Below are positions 10,413 to 13,015 of a DNA stretch of 13,015 nt, piece by piece. Every line of letters begins with the position of its first letter. Positions within the stretch are counted from its first letter, which is position 1. A program made the translations under genes and the position numbers. Source of the DNA: Candidatus Eiseniibacteriota bacterium. Lineage in GTDB: Bacteria; Eisenbacteria; RBG-16-71-46; CAZEPH01. Where the stretch lies: the NCBI GenBank assembly GCA_044229145.1, contig JBGATO010000093.1:1-13015 (forward strand). The letters run 5' to 3'. The notes beneath the pieces are model-generated. The model was not told the origin of the DNA, searched no databases, and worked only from the letters and a program-made list of their open reading frames with translations.

Positions 10413-10682
10413 GCGAATTCTCGCTCCCACAGGTGCGTTCCTGACCGTTAGCGGCCCGGGTACGGCCGGGCTGGAGGGAAATCGGGAGCCCGGGCAGCCG
10501 CCCCGGGGCAGAACCCGCGGGGCGCCGGCGGCAGGCGCTCCGCTCCGCCATCCGGGGGGCTGTCCGACGGCGCTTGGCCGCCTGACCTCGCGGGCGGGAC
10601 CGGAGGCTACCGTGGCTCCGTGGCGGGGCGGATCTAGACTCGCGTCGCATCGAGTCACGGGCACGCCCCCGGAGATCATGCC

Positions 10683-11090
10683 ATGAAAACGACGCGCGTA
10701 CTGTTCTGCCTCGCCGGCCTGTATGACGGCATTCTGGGACTCGCCTTCCTGCTGCTCTCCCCCTCGATCTACCGGTGGTGCGCGATCACGCCGCCGAATC
10801 ACTACGGGTACGTGGAGTTCCCCGCCGCGCTGCTGATCGTGTTCGCCCTGATGTTCTTCGCGGTCGCGTCGGATCCGGTCGGGAATCGCAACCTCATTCC
10901 GTACGGGATCCTCTTGAAGGCGTCCTATTGCACGATCGTCTTCTTGTACTGGGCGCGCAGCGGGTTGCCGGATTTGTGGAAGCCGTTCGCGGTCTTCGAC
11001 GCCGCGTGGGGGCTCTACTTCGCGTGGGAGTGGCGGCGGTTGGAGAACGCCTCGTCGCGCATGAAGGCGGAGTCACCCGCTCCAGATTGA
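10683..11090 (+). CDS. Small hypothetical integral membrane protein (135 aa, about 4 TM helices)
   Basis: Hydrophobic segments (LFCLAGLYDGILGLAFLLL; FPAALLIVFALMFFAVA; LIPYGILLKASYCTIVFLYW; FAVFDAAWGLYFAWEW), natural amino-acid composition, GGAG RBS at 10671-10674. Confidence 0.8.
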   Translation: MKTTRVLFCLAGLYDGILGLAFLLLSPSIYRWCAITPPNHYGYVEFPAALLIVFALMFFAVASDPVGNRNLIPYGILLKASYCTIVFLYWARSGLPDLWKPFAVFDAAWGLYFAWEWRRLENASSRMKAESPAPD

Positions 11091-11209
11091 CCCGTGACGG
11101 GTCCGATGCAGCGTCGCTGCCCCTCATCGCCGTCAGCGGTGCGAACATGCCACCGGCCAGATCGACTACACCGTGCACGCCGGAAGCGCCGCGCACTACG
11201 GCGCGGAAC

Positions 11210-13015
11210 TCATCGCCTCTTCTCCGCCAAGTACAGCATCGACTCGTCCCGCTGCACGGTGTAGGAGTACACGTGAGGATCGTCGGCCACGGTCATGCTG
11301 AGGACGTTGACGGCGCCCGCCAAGTCCGCCGGCGTCGTCTCGATCGTTTGCAACACGGTGCCGGTGCGCGGGTCGATCTCTCGAATGCGCGGCGGCATGT
11401 CGGAGAAGCGCGAGACGAACACGCCGCGTCCGTCCACGCTCCAGCGCAGCACCTGATCGGATGTCGCGACCCCGGGGATCGCGCGGCCGTCACCGGCACC
11501 TGCCGCGAACAGCGACCACGCGTCCGCCGTGCGCGCGACGATGCCGCGGCCATCGGGGGCCAGGAACCCATCCCAAGTTCCGGGCGGCGTCACGGCTCGC
11601 AGACCTCCGCCGCGGAGTGACGTCAGATAGCAGCGCGGTGGCTTGCCGGCTTCGGCTCCCATCACCAGCACCGTCCGGCTATCGAAGCCGAATCGCGCCT
11701 CCGAGAGTTCGGTCAGCGGCCGGAGATCGATGCGCACCGCTTCCCCCACCCCCGTGGGATACGTCACGAGATGCGGCACGGCGCCTCGCACGGTCGCCAG
11801 CACGTGCGCGCCGTCATACGAGATGTCGCCGCCGCCGCCTTCCCCCAGCCGCACGAGTGGCGATCCGTCCGTGGGGCGTAGACAGGTCGTGTATGTATTG
11901 CCGGCGCTCGCGCTTTGATCGGTCATAACCAGCAAGCGTCCATCGGCCGAGAGCCGGTTGCCCTGACCTGAATCCAGCAGCGAGAGATCGACCTCGCGCG
12001 ACGCGCCTGGCGCCTTCGCAGCGATCGACAGTCTCCAGGTTTCGCGCGAGAGGAGGACGGCGCCCGGTGGCGTGGAGTCGTAGGGCGAGAGGTCGCCAGG
12101 CGCCTCGATGAGGTTGCGTTGATGTCCGCGCAGATCCACCGTGCGGACGGTAGGCGGTTCGTTGTGCAGCGACGCACCGAAGAGAATCGTCCGACCGTCC
12201 GCGGACCAGGTCAGACCTTCCTCCTGCGAGAAGATCCCGGTGAGCGTCTTCGACTCGCCCGTGAGCGTGACGACATCCACGGTGCCGCGATCGTCGTAGC
12301 GCACTTGGTGATGGAAGTAGGCGATGCGATCGCCGCGCGGCGAGAAGCGCAGATCGCTGAAGTATCCGGAGGTCGAGGCGAGCACCGTCCCGATCGGATA
12401 CTCGAGACGGTAGAGACCGTCCTTCTCGCGGGTGATGGCGAGCGCGGAGCCATCGGGCGTCCAGTCGGCTTCGACGACGCCGTCGAGCAGAGGCCGTGGC
12501 GCGCCGCCCTCGATCGGCATACGCGCGAGGGTTCCGAGGAAGAGGCGGTGATGATTGAGGTAGCGCGCGCCAGTGAGCACGGCGAGTTCGCCCTTCGACG
12601 AGACTGACAAGAGATGCGTGTCGGTGCGACCGAGCGGACGCTGCTCCGGCGAGTCGGGGCGGATGACGAACAACTCTGGCCGGGCGCCGTCGCGCGCGGC
12701 GCTCAAGACGATCGTCTTGCCGTCCGGCGCGAAGCGCGCCTGGAAGATTGCCTGGCGTCCGTGGCTGATGGGCGAAAACGCGAAGCCGTGGCGGTCGCAT
12801 CCTCCGGCGACCCGCGCGACCACGAACCCGGCGGCGAGCAGCACGAGCGCGGCGAGCGCGAGCAGCGGCTTGCGGAAGCGCGGCGCGGGGCGCGACGCGG
12901 GCGCGGCCGGCTGCGGTGCGGGCGACGCCGCCGTCGACGGCGCCACCAGCGACTCCAGCGCGAATCGCAGATCGTGCGCGGAGCGGAAACGTTCGTCCGG
13001 CTTCTTCTCGAGACA
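11210..13015 (-). CDS. 3' part of a Ser/Thr protein kinase with a TM helix and a TolB/PD40-like beta-propeller region; 5' partial
   Basis: The frame is open to the window edge: CLEKKPDERFRSAHDLRFALESL (kinase subdomain XI end), Pro/Ala linker, TM LLALAALVLLAAGFVVA, then repeated ARFAPDG, WTPDG, FSPRG, WSADG, LSADG, ISYDG, LAPDG, WSVDG turns. Confidence 0.88.
   Translation of the reverse strand, partial: CLEKKPDERFRSAHDLRFALESLVAPSTAASPAPQPAAPASRPAPRFRKPLLALAALVLLAAGFVVARVAGGCDRHGFAFSPISHGRQAIFQARFAPDGKTIVLSAARDGARPELFVIRPDSPEQRPLGRTDTHLLSVSSKGELAVLTGARYLNHHRLFLGTLARMPIEGGAPRPLLDGVVEADWTPDGSALAITREKDGLYRLEYPIGTVLASTSGYFSDLRFSPRGDRIAYFHHQVRYDDRGTVDVVTLTGESKTLTGIFSQEEGLTWSADGRTILFGASLHNEPPTVRTVDLRGHQRNLIEAPGDLSPYDSTPPGAVLLSRETWRLSIAAKAPGASREVDLSLLDSGQGNRLSADGRLLVMTDQSASAGNTYTTCLRPTDGSPLVRLGEGGGGDISYDGAHVLATVRGAVPHLVTYPTGVGEAVRIDLRPLTELSEARFGFDSRTVLVMGAEAGKPPRCYLTSLRGGGLRAVTPPGTWDGFLAPDGRGIVARTADAWSLFAAGAGDGRAIPGVATSDQVLRWSVDGRGVFVSRFSDMPPRIREIDPRTGTVLQTIETTPADLAGAVNVLSMTVADDPHVYSYTVQRDESMLYLAEKRR

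Noticed and set aside
11091..11209. Terminator between the convergent membrane-protein and kinase genes
   Set aside because: Only short GC stems (e.g. CCGCGC/GCGCGG) without a U tract on either strand.

Overview
GC-rich, gene-dense bacterial window. C-terminal FlgD-Ig-like tails and Hanks kinases fused to sensor domains suggest an FCB-related lineage such as Ca. Eisenbacteria (inference only). Left to right: a 5'-truncated YhcG/DUF1016 PD-(D/E)xK nuclease with an apparent 3' deletion (+); a Ser/Thr kinase-STAND ATPase-TPR protein (-, locally disrupted); a secreted laminin-IV-like protein with an FlgD-Ig-like tail (-); a three-gene operon with 4-nt stop/start overlaps (-); an S41 peptidase (+) converging on an M43 metalloprotease (-) across an intrinsic terminator; a small membrane protein (+); and the 3' part of a kinase-TM-beta-propeller protein (-). 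Main finding: the ORF track splits the operon's first gene in two (7750..7959 and 7111..7722), but both parts are one frame interrupted by TGA at the first Cys position of a thioredoxin-fold motif (U-P-Y-C), with a SECIS-like hairpin 11 nt downstream. It is probably an exported selenoprotein redoxin, co-encoded with a TlpA (WCKPC) and a DUF6029-like outer-membrane barrel whose only mature-chain cysteines form a C-terminal CxxxxC. This could be a trans-envelope thiol/selenol redox relay (hypothesis). Several indel-like lesions suggest imperfect sequence quality.
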